A stretch of DNA of 64,000 nucleotides from positions 24,223 to 88,222 of the forward strand of contig JALSNW010000031.1 in NCBI GenBank assembly GCA_026986785.1. The letters run 5' to 3'. Shown here piece by piece: positions 46,659 through 57,172 of this stretch (positions are counted from its first letter, which is position 1; each line of letters starts with the position of its first letter). This DNA comes from Deltaproteobacteria bacterium. GTDB lineage: Bacteria; Desulfobacterota; Dissulfuribacteria; Dissulfuribacterales; QOAL01. Under the pieces are notes generated by a model. That model saw only the letters and a program-made list of their open reading frames with translations, did not search any database and was not told the origin of the DNA. Made by a program: the position numbers and the translations under genes.

Positions 46659-47739
46659 CTTTTATGAGGTTACAGTTGTCAGTAATCTCAAGGCTGAATC
46701 TCCTGAGTAGATGATCTGCCAGCACAAGCTGCATCATGGCCTTGATCACAGGAACTATCCTGGGGATGGCAGATACGTCATGCCTTCCTTTTACCGAGAG
46801 TTTCACCGGTTTGCCAGTTATGTCAATGGTGTCTTGTTCAATGCCAATGGAAGGGATGGGTTTTATTGCCGCCCTGGCTATTATTTCATCTCCATTGGAG
46901 ATGCCAGCCAGTATGCCCCCTGCGTTGTTACTCAAAAAACCCTTTGGAGAAATGGGGTCATTGTTTTCAGAGCCAGTCATGTCTGCGGCCTTGAAACCAG
47001 AGCCTATCTCCACTCCTTTGACAGCCCCAACGGACATGAGGGCTTTGGCAATCTCTCCGTCCAATTTGTCAAATACCGGGTCTCCAAGTCCAGCAGGAAC
47101 ACCTGTGGCAACGACCTCTACAATGCCGCCAAGGGAGTCTCCCGCCTTTTTGGCAGCAAGGACCTGTTCCTCCATGAGCTTTGCCGCATCCATGTCTGGA
47201 CAGAAGAGGCGGTTGTCTTCTATGACCTCCAGGTTCTTCGTCTCCACGTATACACGGCCAAGGCCTGCCGTATAGGCATATATCTCGATACCTGCAAGGT
47301 CCAATACCAATTGGGCAACAGCACCGGCTGCAACCCTGGCTACGGTTTCTCTGCCCGAGGACCTGCCGCCCCCTCGATAGTCCCTAATACCAAAGCGTTT
47401 CAGGTAGGTGTAGTCACCATGGCCAGGTCGAAAAAGGTCCTTGAGATGGTCATAAGACCTGCTTTTGGCATCCTGATTTCTGATCATGAGGCTTATGGGT
47501 GTGCCAGTAGTCATACCTTGAAATACGCCAGAGAGTATCTCCACCCTGTCTGGCTCTTTTCTCGTAGTTTCAGCAGCCCCCCCCTTTCCGGGTCGTCTCT
47601 TGTCCAATGCAGCCTGGATGTGTGCCTCTGTCAGAGGTAGGCGGGCAGGGCAGCCGTCAATCACTGCCCCAAGGGCAGGGCCGTGGGACTCCCCCCAAGT
47701 AGTAACCCTGAAGGCTTGACCAAAGCTGTTACCTGGCAT
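46633..47739 (-). CDS. aroC: Chorismate synthase
   Basis: GESHG, RPGHGD, RGGGRSSGRET and GRHD. Confidence 0.98.
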   Translation of the reverse strand: MPGNSFGQAFRVTTWGESHGPALGAVIDGCPARLPLTEAHIQAALDKRRPGKGGAAETTRKEPDRVEILSGVFQGMTTGTPISLMIRNQDAKSRSYDHLKDLFRPGHGDYTYLKRFGIRDYRGGGRSSGRETVARVAAGAVAQLVLDLAGIEIYAYTAGLGRVYVETKNLEVIEDNRLFCPDMDAAKLMEEQVLAAKKAGDSLGGIVEVVATGVPAGLGDPVFDKLDGEIAKALMSVGAVKGVEIGSGFKAADMTGSENNDPISPKGFLSNNAGGILAGISNGDEIIARAAIKPIPSIGIEQDTIDITGKPVKLSVKGRHDVSAIPRIVPVIKAMMQLVLADHLLRRFSLEITDNCNLIKDEQNGRLI

Positions 47740-48268
47740 ATTTTATCGCCTCGCTGATTTCCAGGGCCAGTTGAAAAGGCCCTTTTTCAAAGGTGTCTAT
47801 CTCGAAATGGGAAAATTTTTTGTAGAGAGGTTCCCTCTCTTTCAATACCTTGGAGATTTCCTCCTCTATATTATCACCAGAAAGGGATGGTCTCCTGGTG
47901 GCACTTCTGCTGTCGGATGCAATCCTTTTTTTCATTATTTCCAGGGGGGCAGTGAGCCATATCACTATAGAGGTCTTTGCCACCTGTTCCATGAGATCAG
48001 GATGAAGCACAATACCTCCCCCACATGCTACCACACTTTTTTTCGGGTTGCCGAGTACATCCTCCAGGGCCTGACGTTCCATCTTTCTGAACTCTGCCCA
48101 GCCATGTCTTTCCACTATCTGAGAAATGGTGGCGCCTGCTGAGGCCTCGATCTGGTCGTCGAGATCGATGAAGGCACACCCGAGCCTCCTTGCAAGCTCT
48201 CTACCCACTGAGCTTTTCCCTGTGGCTCTGTAACCTATGAGAAATATCTTGCCTCGCTTTTTGGTCAT
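47729..48268 (-). CDS. aroK: Shikimate kinase
   Basis: GYRATGKS, DLD, FR..E, GGG and R.PLY. Its ATG overlaps the aroA stop (ATGA). Confidence 0.93.
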   Translation of the reverse strand: MTKKRGKIFLIGYRATGKSSVGRELARRLGCAFIDLDDQIEASAGATISQIVERHGWAEFRKMERQALEDVLGNPKKSVVACGGGIVLHPDLMEQVAKTSIVIWLTAPLEIMKKRIASDSRSATRRPSLSGDNIEEEISKVLKEREPLYKKFSHFEIDTFEKGPFQLALEISEAIKYAR

Positions 48269-49530
48269 CTGCTTTTGTCCTGTTTCAGTGCCTTTTGAAG
48301 TCTTTCCCACCGCTGCCAGAAATCTGGGAAAGATTTTGTCACAACCGACTTGTCGTCAAAATTCAGTCCATCCATCCTAAGGCCTGCTACTGCAAATGAC
48401 ATGGCTATCCTATGATCGTCATATGTATTGATGACAATTGGTTTCAGGGGCTGATTGGGCCCTTTGACAACGAGACCGTCTTCAAGTTCTCTGGCCTGAA
48501 CGCCGATCCTGTTCAGCTCTGTGACAACAGCCTTTATCCTGTCGGTCTCCTTGACCCTGAGGTGGGCCACATTTGTAATCTTTGTCTCACCCTCTGCAAA
48601 GGCTGCGACTACTGCCAGCGTTGGTACTATATCAGGCCATTTGCCCATGTCTATATCCAAGGCCTTCAGACGCCCTCCCTCTGGCCCTTGCACCAAGGTG
48701 CCATTGTCTCCCCTTTCCACTGAGCAACCCATCTTGGCCAGTATATCTGCAAAATATGCATCTCCCTGTATTGGGTTTGGAGGCAGATTTTTTATCCTTA
48801 CAGCCTTGCCGGTCACGGCTGCTGCTGCCAAAAAATAAGAGGCACTCGACGCATCTGCCTCGATCTCGAAGTGACGGCCTATGTAGGAAACATTGGGTAC
48901 GGTGAAAGAGTTGCTGGATTCATCGACCCTTACTCCAAAGGCCTCCATCACCTTTATGGTGATATCGACATACGGCCTCGAGACCAATGGTCCATCGAGG
49001 AAAATAGATACTGGCCCAGATGCATAAGGTGCTGTAAGCAGCAGTGAGGAGAGAAATTGACTGCTGATCGAGGCCGACAGGTGTACCGGCCCTCCCCGCA
49101 GTCCACTCGATGTTATCCTCACAGGGGGACAGCCAGTCTCTTGGATACTGAAGGCCGTTACCCCGAGTTCTACCAGGGCATTCAGCAGGGGGGCAGCGGG
49201 CCTTTCTTCCATGCGCTTGCTTCCAGTGAGGATGGTCGTGCCGTTTGCAAGTGCTGCCATCGATATGAGGAATCTTATCCCTGTGCCATTGTTCCCCATA
49301 TAGATTTCATCCACTGGTGGTCTGAGCTTGCCCTCGGTGCCCTGGATTGTCCAGGTCTGCGTCGAGTCGAGAATCTCCACTCCAAATTGTCTCAATCCAT
49401 TCCTGAGAAGCTTTGTGTCATCGCTGTCGAGGGCGGATGAAAGGGTGGATTCCCCCTTGGCGAGGGCAGCGATGACAAGGGCCCTCTGGGTTATGCTCTT
49501 GGAACCTGGGACTGTGATTTCTACTGTCAT
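48265..49530 (-). CDS. aroA: 3-phosphoshikimate 1-carboxyvinyltransferase
   Basis: PGSKS, SSQFLS, DASSA, RVKETDR, DHRIAM and KSFP. Confidence 0.97.
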   Translation of the reverse strand: MTVEITVPGSKSITQRALVIAALAKGESTLSSALDSDDTKLLRNGLRQFGVEILDSTQTWTIQGTEGKLRPPVDEIYMGNNGTGIRFLISMAALANGTTILTGSKRMEERPAAPLLNALVELGVTAFSIQETGCPPVRITSSGLRGGPVHLSASISSQFLSSLLLTAPYASGPVSIFLDGPLVSRPYVDITIKVMEAFGVRVDESSNSFTVPNVSYIGRHFEIEADASSASYFLAAAAVTGKAVRIKNLPPNPIQGDAYFADILAKMGCSVERGDNGTLVQGPEGGRLKALDIDMGKWPDIVPTLAVVAAFAEGETKITNVAHLRVKETDRIKAVVTELNRIGVQARELEDGLVVKGPNQPLKPIVINTYDDHRIAMSFAVAGLRMDGLNFDDKSVVTKSFPDFWQRWERLQKALKQDKSR

Positions 49531-50360
49531 GCTCTCTGTTTCCTGTCTGCCTGTGGGCTGGAAAGGGCCTGTCTCATCACGTCCAAGGGAGCAGTATGGC
49601 CAGTCCAGAACTCAAACTGGGCTGCTGCCTGGTAAAGGAGCATCTCGATTCCTGGAATCGTAGTACATCCTTTCGACCTTGCCTCTTGGAGAAGCCTTGT
49701 CCCGCCTTTGCCATATACTATGTCCATGACAACCGAGAATTTCCCAAGCATACTGGCAGGTACAGGGCAGATGCCAGCCAATGGCCCCATGCCCACAGAA
49801 GTAGTGTTGATAAGTATCTCTCCCTCTATTTCAGATACATTGTCCAACCCGGAAAAGGCACATGAGAACTCTTCGGCAAGGCTTCTTGCCTTTTCCTCTG
49901 TCCTATTTGCTATATGAACCTTGGCCCCTTCTTTGACAAGTCCATATACCACTGCCCTGGCAGAACCACCTGCCCCGAGTACCACAACAAGGCGGTCTTT
50001 GATGGCAGTGACTGCCCTTAGGGCCTTCAATGCACCGATCCAGTCTGTATTGATACCTTTTAGATGGCCTTCGAGGTTTTTGATCGTGTTTACCGCCCCT
50101 ATTCTTTTTGCTGTGTCGTCTGTCTCATCGAGAAACTCCATTACAGTCTCCTTGTGGGGGACGGTTACAGAAAGCCCTTTGATGTTCAGGGTCCGCACTG
50201 CATCCATGGCGCGCCTGGGAGAATCGGTTTCAAAGGCGAGATAGACAGCGTTTATCCCTTCATGTTCAAATGCAGCATTGTGCATGGCAGGGCTCAGACT
50301 ATGTCTGACAGGCCTTCCTATTATACCGTATAGACTTGTGTAGGCATCAATGCCCAGCAC
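49527..50360 (-). CDS. aroE: Shikimate dehydrogenase
   Basis: HSLSP.MHN, VTVPHK, GAVNT, NTD, GAGGSA and NTTSVG. Confidence 0.96.
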   Translation of the reverse strand: MLGIDAYTSLYGIIGRPVRHSLSPAMHNAAFEHEGINAVYLAFETDSPRRAMDAVRTLNIKGLSVTVPHKETVMEFLDETDDTAKRIGAVNTIKNLEGHLKGINTDWIGALKALRAVTAIKDRLVVVLGAGGSARAVVYGLVKEGAKVHIANRTEEKARSLAEEFSCAFSGLDNVSEIEGEILINTTSVGMGPLAGICPVPASMLGKFSVVMDIVYGKGGTRLLQEARSKGCTTIPGIEMLLYQAAAQFEFWTGHTAPLDVMRQALSSPQADRKQRA

Positions 50361-50365
50361 TGCCT

Positions 50366-52306
50366 TTATCCTTCCTTTCCTGCAATCTTGGCCTTCACCC
50401 AATTCAAGAGGCTACCTGCTGCCAGAATGAATCTATCACGTTGAGATAGGTCGAGCCTGGCCTGGAAGGTGGCCCCTGAAGAGCTTTTTATAGTTACGGT
50501 GTCTGAACCAGACAACAGGGCCCTTCTTATGCCCGGTATAACCAATTCATCGTCTTGAGAGATGAAGTCATAGTCGTCGGCATTTTCAAAGGTCATTGGC
50601 AATATACCAAAATTTATGAGATTCGCCTTGTGGATACGGGCAAAGCTCTTTACCAGCTTGGCCTTCACCCCAAGGTATCTCGGGGCAAGGGCAGCATGTT
50701 CCCGTGAAGAGCCTTGGCCATAGTTTTCTCCGCCTACGATGATCACAGAACCAAGCTTTTTGGCACGTTCAGGGAAATCCGGGTCTATGGCCGAAAAGAC
50801 ATATTGGCTGATGGCAGGCACATTGCTTCTCAGTGGCAATATCTTGCTTCCAGCAGGCATGATATGATCTGTGGTGATATTGTCGTCCACCTTTAATCCC
50901 ACTGTCAGATCCAGATCATCTGGTAGTGGTTCGAATTCGGGCAGGGGTTTGATATTGGGCCCCCTTATTATCTCAATGGAAGAGGGGTCGTCCGGGGGGG
51001 CGATGATTCCATTGTCATTGACAATATATTTTTCAGGCAGGGTGATTTTAGGGGCTTCACCGAGATCTCTCGGGTCTGTAATGACCCCAGTAATGGCAGA
51101 TGCAACTGCGGTCTCTGGGCTGCATAGGTAGACCTGGTCGTTTTTGGTCCCACTCCTGCCAGGGAAGTTCCTTGTAAATGTCCTCAGTGAGATAGTGTCA
51201 GTTGCAGGTGCCTGGCCCATGCCAATGCACCCGAGACACCCGCACTGGTGTATCCTGGCCCCTGCATGGATGAGGTTTTTGAGTGCACCATCTATGTCTG
51301 CGTTTTCAAGTACTTGTCTGCTACCCGGGTTGATTTCGAAGCTCACATTGGTGTTTATTTTCCTATTTTCGAGCACCTTGGCAGCCATTACAATATCCCT
51401 GTAGGAGGAATTGGCACAGGAGCCGATGATCACCTGGGCCACAGGCCGTCCCTGGACCTCTTTGACCTTTACCACATTGTCTGGAGACGATGGACATGCA
51501 GTCATTGGTTCAATGGCTGACAGGTCTATCTCGATCACCTGGGCGAAGGCTGCATCTTCATCAGCATGAATGGGTTGCCATAGCTCAGCCCTTTCTTGGC
51601 CTTGGAGAAATTTCCTTGTCACTTCATCTGAAGGGAATACTGTTGCCGTGGCCCCAAGTTCTGTGCCCAGGTTGGCGATTGCGCCCCTGTCGGTCACAGA
51701 AAGGGTCTCCACCCCAGGGCCGAAATATTCCATTACCTTGCCTACTCCTCCTTTGACAGAAAGTCTTCTCAGGAGTTCAAGTATTACATCCTTGGCCGAT
51801 ATCCATGGTTGGAGTTGGCCTGTGAGTCTTATACCTACCACCTCGGGCATATTGAGATGAAATGGCTCTCCAGCCATGGCCATGGCAACATCCAGGCCTC
51901 CAGCACCCATTGCCAACATACCACAGCCTCCAGCCGTTGGGGTGTGACTGTCAGAGCCAAGAAGTGTCTTGCCAGGTGCTGCAAAACGCTCCAGGTGTAC
52001 CTGATGGCATATGCCATTTCCAGGCCTGGAAAAAAAGATACCGTATTTTGCAGCAATAGACTGTAGAAACCTGTGATCATCCGCATTTCTAAAATCGGAT
52101 TGCAGTAGGTTGTGATCTACGTAGCTTACAGAAAGTTCTGTCTTAACCCTGTCTATCCCAATGGCCTCGAATTCAAGATAGGCCATGGTGCCTGTGGCGT
52201 CTTGGGTGAGGGTTTGGTCGATCCTGAGGGCAATGGGAAGCCCTGTGGTCATCTCTCCTTCAACGAGGTGAGAGGAGATTATCTTCTCGGTAACATTGAG
52301 TCCCAT
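50366..52306 (-). CDS. acn: Aconitate hydratase (short, ~645 aa type)
   Basis: QDATG, DHN, GICHQ, DSHT, GSCAN, CLGCIG, RNF, TTDHI and GSSREHA. Confidence 0.93.
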   Translation of the reverse strand: MGLNVTEKIISSHLVEGEMTTGLPIALRIDQTLTQDATGTMAYLEFEAIGIDRVKTELSVSYVDHNLLQSDFRNADDHRFLQSIAAKYGIFFSRPGNGICHQVHLERFAAPGKTLLGSDSHTPTAGGCGMLAMGAGGLDVAMAMAGEPFHLNMPEVVGIRLTGQLQPWISAKDVILELLRRLSVKGGVGKVMEYFGPGVETLSVTDRGAIANLGTELGATATVFPSDEVTRKFLQGQERAELWQPIHADEDAAFAQVIEIDLSAIEPMTACPSSPDNVVKVKEVQGRPVAQVIIGSCANSSYRDIVMAAKVLENRKINTNVSFEINPGSRQVLENADIDGALKNLIHAGARIHQCGCLGCIGMGQAPATDTISLRTFTRNFPGRSGTKNDQVYLCSPETAVASAITGVITDPRDLGEAPKITLPEKYIVNDNGIIAPPDDPSSIEIIRGPNIKPLPEFEPLPDDLDLTVGLKVDDNITTDHIMPAGSKILPLRSNVPAISQYVFSAIDPDFPERAKKLGSVIIVGGENYGQGSSREHAALAPRYLGVKAKLVKSFARIHKANLINFGILPMTFENADDYDFISQDDELVIPGIRRALLSGSDTVTIKSSSGATFQARLDLSQRDRFILAAGSLLNWVKAKIAGKEG

Positions 52307-52341
52307 AGGTCAAAATTTCTCCTTAGGAGGTCTTTCTTTAT

Positions 52342-52559
52342 CCCAGATTGTGTACTCTAAACGCCTGGGAGTAATCTCTTTGAATGATTGTATGGTCAGT
52401 ATACATCTGATCTCATTAGTATTTCAGGCAGTTGAAGCCACAAGGGACTCACAAGCGTGCCGAATCTGCTTTGTTGTCGGGTAGTTTAAGTACCAAAATA
52501 CGTCTGCATGTCATCTTCCTCGCATCTTCGGCACGCTTGTGAGCTGTGCATAATCCAGA
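52342..52559 (+). repeat. Full-length MITE-like element (218 bp) with both inverted ends
   Basis: Left end CCCAGATTGTGTACTC and right end GTGCATAATCCAGA. The body aligns with the 29.7 and 32.3 kb copies. Confidence 0.8.
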
Positions 52560-52790
52560 TTTATTGATATCTAAAAAAACAGCGTGGATACTACTACAGT
52601 TGGCCGCAGTTTTCCAGGGTGCCGGGTCACAATATTGAACCAGTTGTCGAGGAACGAACAATAATATATCTTCATGTCAAAATGGAACGGGACGACCTTG
52701 TTTCCATTAAGGAACATTCGGATTGGGTAAGGATTCGCTACCAGGCCATGGCCTGTAATCTTCATGAACAGCCTGATGCGACCCAGAATG

Positions 52791-54005
52791 TCAACTCTGT
52801 TCTCGTAATCTTACAGATCTGTGAAGCAATATGAGAAGCCTTGCCCGATTTTTTAGTCTTCCTGCCAGAAGCCCTGCCTCATTCCCACTGCCACAGTAAA
52901 GATCCAGCCTGAAAGGACCTTTTATGGCGCTTCCTTTGTCATGGTGAAAGACAAGGAGGGGGCCTTGGGCCTTCCTGAACCACTTGGGTCCTTTTTTGAT
53001 GTCAGGCCACTTCATGACGAGAAGAGCCGGCATGGCCGGAGGAAAGACAGTATCGTCCAAGGCAACCGAGGTCCCTGGTACCAGTACCTTGCCATAGCAC
53101 CCTATGGGGCCTTTTTCTTCCCACTGAAAAAATATGTAGCGTGGATTTTCATAGACAAGTTCCCCGAACTGTTTTTTATGGGTCTGTGCCCACTGTCTTA
53201 TGGAGGGCCAATCGAGTTGGCCTGGTTGCAGGATGCCCTTTTTGATTAATATCTTGCCAATGCTCTTGTACTCCAGACCATTGCTGGCAGCATAGTGTAT
53301 GAAGCGGGTAGGGCCTTTATCCAAGTCTATGATAGCAGAGCCCTGGATCTGGAGTTCCAGCAGGTCTACAGGAGAGGAAAGCCAACACAGTGCCAACCCC
53401 TTGGGGAAGGGGTGTTTTTCTTCTATATCCTTTCTGGAATAATAGGGTACGAGCTGGCGCCCCACCACCCTGCCCCAGATGGTCTTGGCAGGGAGGGCGG
53501 GATCAAAACGGGTAAGATGCACCTTTATCAAGTCTGGCGGCCAGCCGTAAACAGGATAGGCAAATTGTCCTGTTTCATTGGTCGATGCCTTTAGTCTTGG
53601 CTGAAAATACCCTGTAACGAGCATGGACCCCGTATCCCCGCTGTTGTCCTGGATCTCATAGGGGATAAATTCATCCCTTAGGCTCTGGAGGAGCCCTTCT
53701 TGGCTGGAGCTGTCGGCAAACAGGTCCTGGAGCCTTTTCAGGCTTGCAAGAAGGGCCTTTCTGGAGACATATGCATCGGCGAGCTGGAAGGTGTCTTGTT
53801 CCCCCTTGCCGTCAAGTATCTGGATACTCTTGAATATGCCAGACAAGACCAATGCCCTGTCCTGGTGTATCTGTCCAATCGTAACCTCGTCCCAGGAAAG
53901 TCTTTTAAGCCTTGGCCCCTTGTTGGCCTTTTGGGATAAAAAAAATAAAAGGCCTATGCCAACGAGCCCTAAGAATATGAAAAGAGGGGCAATAATGCTC
54001 TTCAA
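52791..54005 (-). CDS. mltA: Membrane-bound lytic murein transglycosylase A family
   Basis: VTGYFQP, QIQGS, YAASNG..Y.SIG, NPRYIFF and D.GSAIKG..R.D. Confidence 0.88.
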   Translation of the reverse strand: MKSIIAPLFIFLGLVGIGLLFFLSQKANKGPRLKRLSWDEVTIGQIHQDRALVLSGIFKSIQILDGKGEQDTFQLADAYVSRKALLASLKRLQDLFADSSSQEGLLQSLRDEFIPYEIQDNSGDTGSMLVTGYFQPRLKASTNETGQFAYPVYGWPPDLIKVHLTRFDPALPAKTIWGRVVGRQLVPYYSRKDIEEKHPFPKGLALCWLSSPVDLLELQIQGSAIIDLDKGPTRFIHYAASNGLEYKSIGKILIKKGILQPGQLDWPSIRQWAQTHKKQFGELVYENPRYIFFQWEEKGPIGCYGKVLVPGTSVALDDTVFPPAMPALLVMKWPDIKKGPKWFRKAQGPLLVFHHDKGSAIKGPFRLDLYCGSGNEAGLLAGRLKNRARLLILLHRSVRLREQS

Positions 54006-54027
54006 GTCTTGTTCAGTGGCCAGGGTA

Positions 54028-54966
54028 TCACAGACCAGTGGCCGCTACTTGTTTCTTCACTGCTTCTACCGAGAGGGCAATGGCCTTTTTCTCATCGTCT
54101 GTGAGGGGAAATTCCAGGACCTTTTCCACACCTCTTCGCCCGAGTATTACTGGCACACCGAGGAAGACCCCACTTATGCCAAATTCGCCTTCGAGGTATG
54201 CTGCACATGGAAGGATCCTTTTTTGATCCTCCAGGATGGATTGGGCCATCTCCATGGCTGCAAGGCCTGGGGTTGAAAATGCGCTTCCAGTCTTCAGGTA
54301 TTTTACTATCTCTCCCCCGCCTTGTTGCGTGCGTTTTACAATTCGGTGGATCTCTTCCTTGGAAAGAAGATCTTCTATTGGTACACCTGCCACGCTTGCA
54401 AGCCTGGTCAGGGGCAGCATATTATCCCCATGTATGCCCATTACAAGGGCTGTGACGTCTTTTGGGGCAACTCCTATGGCCTGGGCGAGAAAGGTGCGGT
54501 ATCTGGCAGAATCGAGGACGCCAGCCATGCCTACGACTCTGTTCTTGGGGAATCCTGATACCTTGAAGACCGTATATACCATGGCATCGATGGGGTTTGT
54601 TACAACTACGATCACAGCCTGTGGGCTGTTGCGGCATATATTTTCAGTAACGTCCTTTATTATTTCCACGTTTTTTGCCAGGAGATCATCCCTACTCATG
54701 CCTGGTTTCCGGGCCAATCCAGCTGTTATGATCACGACGTCCGAGTCCTTGGTGTCGGAATAGTCGTTGGTGCCAGTGATCTTCCCGGTAAAACCGCAAA
54801 GGGGCGCAGCCTGAGAAAGATCCAGGGCCTTCCCCTGGGGTACTCCTTCTATCACGTCGACAAGTACTATCTCATCGGCAGCATTTCTGCTCACTGCCCA
54901 CTGTGCAGCCGCGGTACCAACTGCACCAGCACCTACTATCGATAATTTTTTCTTGGATATCGCCAT
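54028..54966 (-). CDS. mdh: Malate dehydrogenase (LDH-like)
   Basis: GAGAVG, RKPGMSRDDL, NPID, LDSAR and HGD. Confidence 0.95.
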   Translation of the reverse strand: MAISKKKLSIVGAGAVGTAAAQWAVSRNAADEIVLVDVIEGVPQGKALDLSQAAPLCGFTGKITGTNDYSDTKDSDVVIITAGLARKPGMSRDDLLAKNVEIIKDVTENICRNSPQAVIVVVTNPIDAMVYTVFKVSGFPKNRVVGMAGVLDSARYRTFLAQAIGVAPKDVTALVMGIHGDNMLPLTRLASVAGVPIEDLLSKEEIHRIVKRTQQGGGEIVKYLKTGSAFSTPGLAAMEMAQSILEDQKRILPCAAYLEGEFGISGVFLGVPVILGRRGVEKVLEFPLTDDEKKAIALSVEAVKKQVAATGL

Positions 54967-55823
54967 TGATTGACAGCTCCTTTTCCTTGGTTCTGATGTG
55001 AATGTTCGTAAAGATATCTCTGGTAATATCTCATTGCCTCAGGGATGAGGGCCTTTAACCGTTCAAGCCGGGCCTTGTCCGAGGGATGGGTACTCAGGAA
55101 TTCAGGGGGCCTGGGTCTGCCCTTTGCTGCCGTCATCATCCTTTTCCAGAAATCCAGGGCAGCCCTTGGATCATAACCGGCCATAGCCATGAAAATAAGC
55201 CCCAGGTGATCTGCTTCATACTCCTGGGTCCTGCTATAGGGCAAGAGAAAACCCACGTTTGCCCCAAGGCCATAGAGCTCGAAAAGCAACCTCCTTGTTG
55301 CAGGATTGTAGGAGCCTGTAAATGCAGAAAGGGCCTCTCCTCCCATCTGCAGCAACAGTTGCTGGCTCAGTCGTTCGGCCCCGTGGTTTGCCACCGCATG
55401 GGCTATCTCGTGGCCGAGAACCACTGCAAGGCCTGTATCATTCTTGGCAATAGGAAGCAGACCTGAATATACCACTACCTTACCTCCTGGCATACACCAG
55501 GCATTGATCTGTTTGTCACAAATGAGATTGAATTCCCAGTGGTAGCCCCTGAGACGTGATGCCTGCCCCGTCTCATACATGAACCGTTCCACTGCAGCCC
55601 TTATCCTATTGCCAACACGTCGTACCATATTCACCTGGTCAGGGTTGGTGCACAACCTGTGTTTTTTCAAGAATTGTCTGTATTCTTGGGCGCTCATGGC
55701 CAACAGTTGGCTTTCTGGGACAAGTGTGAGCTGTTTCCTGCCTGTAACAGGTACAGTGGCACAGGAGGAGAGCATTAGGGCTATGAGGATGAGGGGAATC
55801 AAAAACTCCAAGAAGATACGCAC
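54936..55823 (-). CDS. M48 family metallopeptidase lipoprotein
   Basis: LSSC lipobox, TGR.QL, NAWCMPGG, HEIAH, YSR.QE.EAD and FLSTHP. Confidence 0.92.
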   Translation of the reverse strand: MRIFLEFLIPLILIALMLSSCATVPVTGRKQLTLVPESQLLAMSAQEYRQFLKKHRLCTNPDQVNMVRRVGNRIRAAVERFMYETGQASRLRGYHWEFNLICDKQINAWCMPGGKVVVYSGLLPIAKNDTGLAVVLGHEIAHAVANHGAERLSQQLLLQMGGEALSAFTGSYNPATRRLLFELYGLGANVGFLLPYSRTQEYEADHLGLIFMAMAGYDPRAALDFWKRMMTAAKGRPRPPEFLSTHPSDKARLERLKALIPEAMRYYQRYLYEHSHQNQGKGAVNQWRYPRKNYR

Positions 55824-55968
55824 GTGCTTGTCTTGCAAGTGGTGGCCAGGGTTTTTTGAAACTACTTGTGTCCTCATGTCGTTTTTTGTTGTAAGTTTTT
55901 TATCTGTTTCAAAGGATTGTTATGGATTGAAAGCAAATTAACCCATATTTTTCGGGATTTGAAGGAGT

Positions 55969-57108
55969 TTGGATAAAGAAGTGTCCTTTTTACCAAGCGA
56001 CAGAGGGGTTGTTAAGATAGACCTTTCATCCATATCCAATAATTTTTCAAGGCTTTATGGGCTCATGAGGCCGGGTAACGGCAGGCTTATGCCTGTAATA
56101 AAGTCGGATGCCTACGGCCACGGGATAAAGTGGGTTGCCCATGAGCTAAAGGACAAGCCCGTTTGGGGTTTTGGCATATATGAATGTTCAGAGGCCAGGT
56201 TGCTCAGGGATAGTGGTATAGAAAATCCACTGTTTCTACTTTCAGGTCTCCTGCAAGACCAGCCAGAGACTGTACTCGAACTCGGTCTTACGGTAGGTGT
56301 GGTAAAGACAGGAGAGCTTTTTTCTCTCGATCAAGTTGGCAGGGCCAACGGGAAGAAGATCCCTGTGCATCTCAAGGTGGATACGGGCATGGGCCGTTTT
56401 GGCCTTGATCCTGGAGAGGTCATCGAGATCTCAAGAAAACGGAAAAGGTGGCCCAATCTCTATTTTGAAGGCCTCTATACCCATTTGTCAGCTGCAGATA
56501 CACCCGAAGATCCATATAATAAGAGGCAGATCGAGATATTTGTCCATGTCCTTGGTGCGGTCAGGGGCTCTGGTTGGCACCCAGAGTTCATCCACATGGC
56601 CAACTCTTCGGCCATCATGTTTTTGCCAGAGGCGAGATTCAATCTGGCACGTCCTGGAATTGCCCTTTATGGCGCCATTTGTCCAGAGAAGGGAGGCTCA
56701 TTGGAGCTTCGACCTGCCATGGGTTTTTTCAGTAAACTGATCCAGATAAGGAGATTCCAGGTGGGGGCAAGCCTTAGTTATGGCCACCATTTCACCTGTG
56801 ACAAGGACAGTGTTATAGGCCTTGTGCCAGTTGGATATGACAATGGTTATCCCAGGGTGCTTTCCAACAAGGCATCAGTCCTCATTGGTGGCAAGAGATA
56901 TCCAGTGGTAGGGAATATATGTATGAAGGCCTTCTTGGTGGATCTGACTGGCGGGCAGGATCTTTACGAGGGACAGGAGGTCATACTGCTCGGCAGCAGC
57001 GGGCAGGATGAGATCCATATATGTGAGCTTGCCCAAAAGGCTGGTACCATCAGTTATGAACTACTGTGTCTCCTTGGCAAGTTGAATAAGAGGGTTATAT
57101 TGAGATAG
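55969..57108 (+). CDS. alr: Alanine racemase
   Basis: IKSDAYGHG (PLP Lys), HLKVDTGMGR, RPGIALYG, SYG and GYDNG. Confidence 0.9.
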   Translation: MDKEVSFLPSDRGVVKIDLSSISNNFSRLYGLMRPGNGRLMPVIKSDAYGHGIKWVAHELKDKPVWGFGIYECSEARLLRDSGIENPLFLLSGLLQDQPETVLELGLTVGVVKTGELFSLDQVGRANGKKIPVHLKVDTGMGRFGLDPGEVIEISRKRKRWPNLYFEGLYTHLSAADTPEDPYNKRQIEIFVHVLGAVRGSGWHPEFIHMANSSAIMFLPEARFNLARPGIALYGAICPEKGGSLELRPAMGFFSKLIQIRRFQVGASLSYGHHFTCDKDSVIGLVPVGYDNGYPRVLSNKASVLIGGKRYPVVGNICMKAFLVDLTGGQDLYEGQEVILLGSSGQDEIHICELAQKAGTISYELLCLLGKLNKRVILR

Positions 57109-57172
57109 GGCATCATGATTTTGGCCGGATTTATTATCCAGAGGCATCATTACAGAGGAATAACATAGAGAC

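Noticed and set aside
46711-47640. 309-aa antisense ORF in aroC
   Set aside because: It is an antisense shadow with no recognisable domain.
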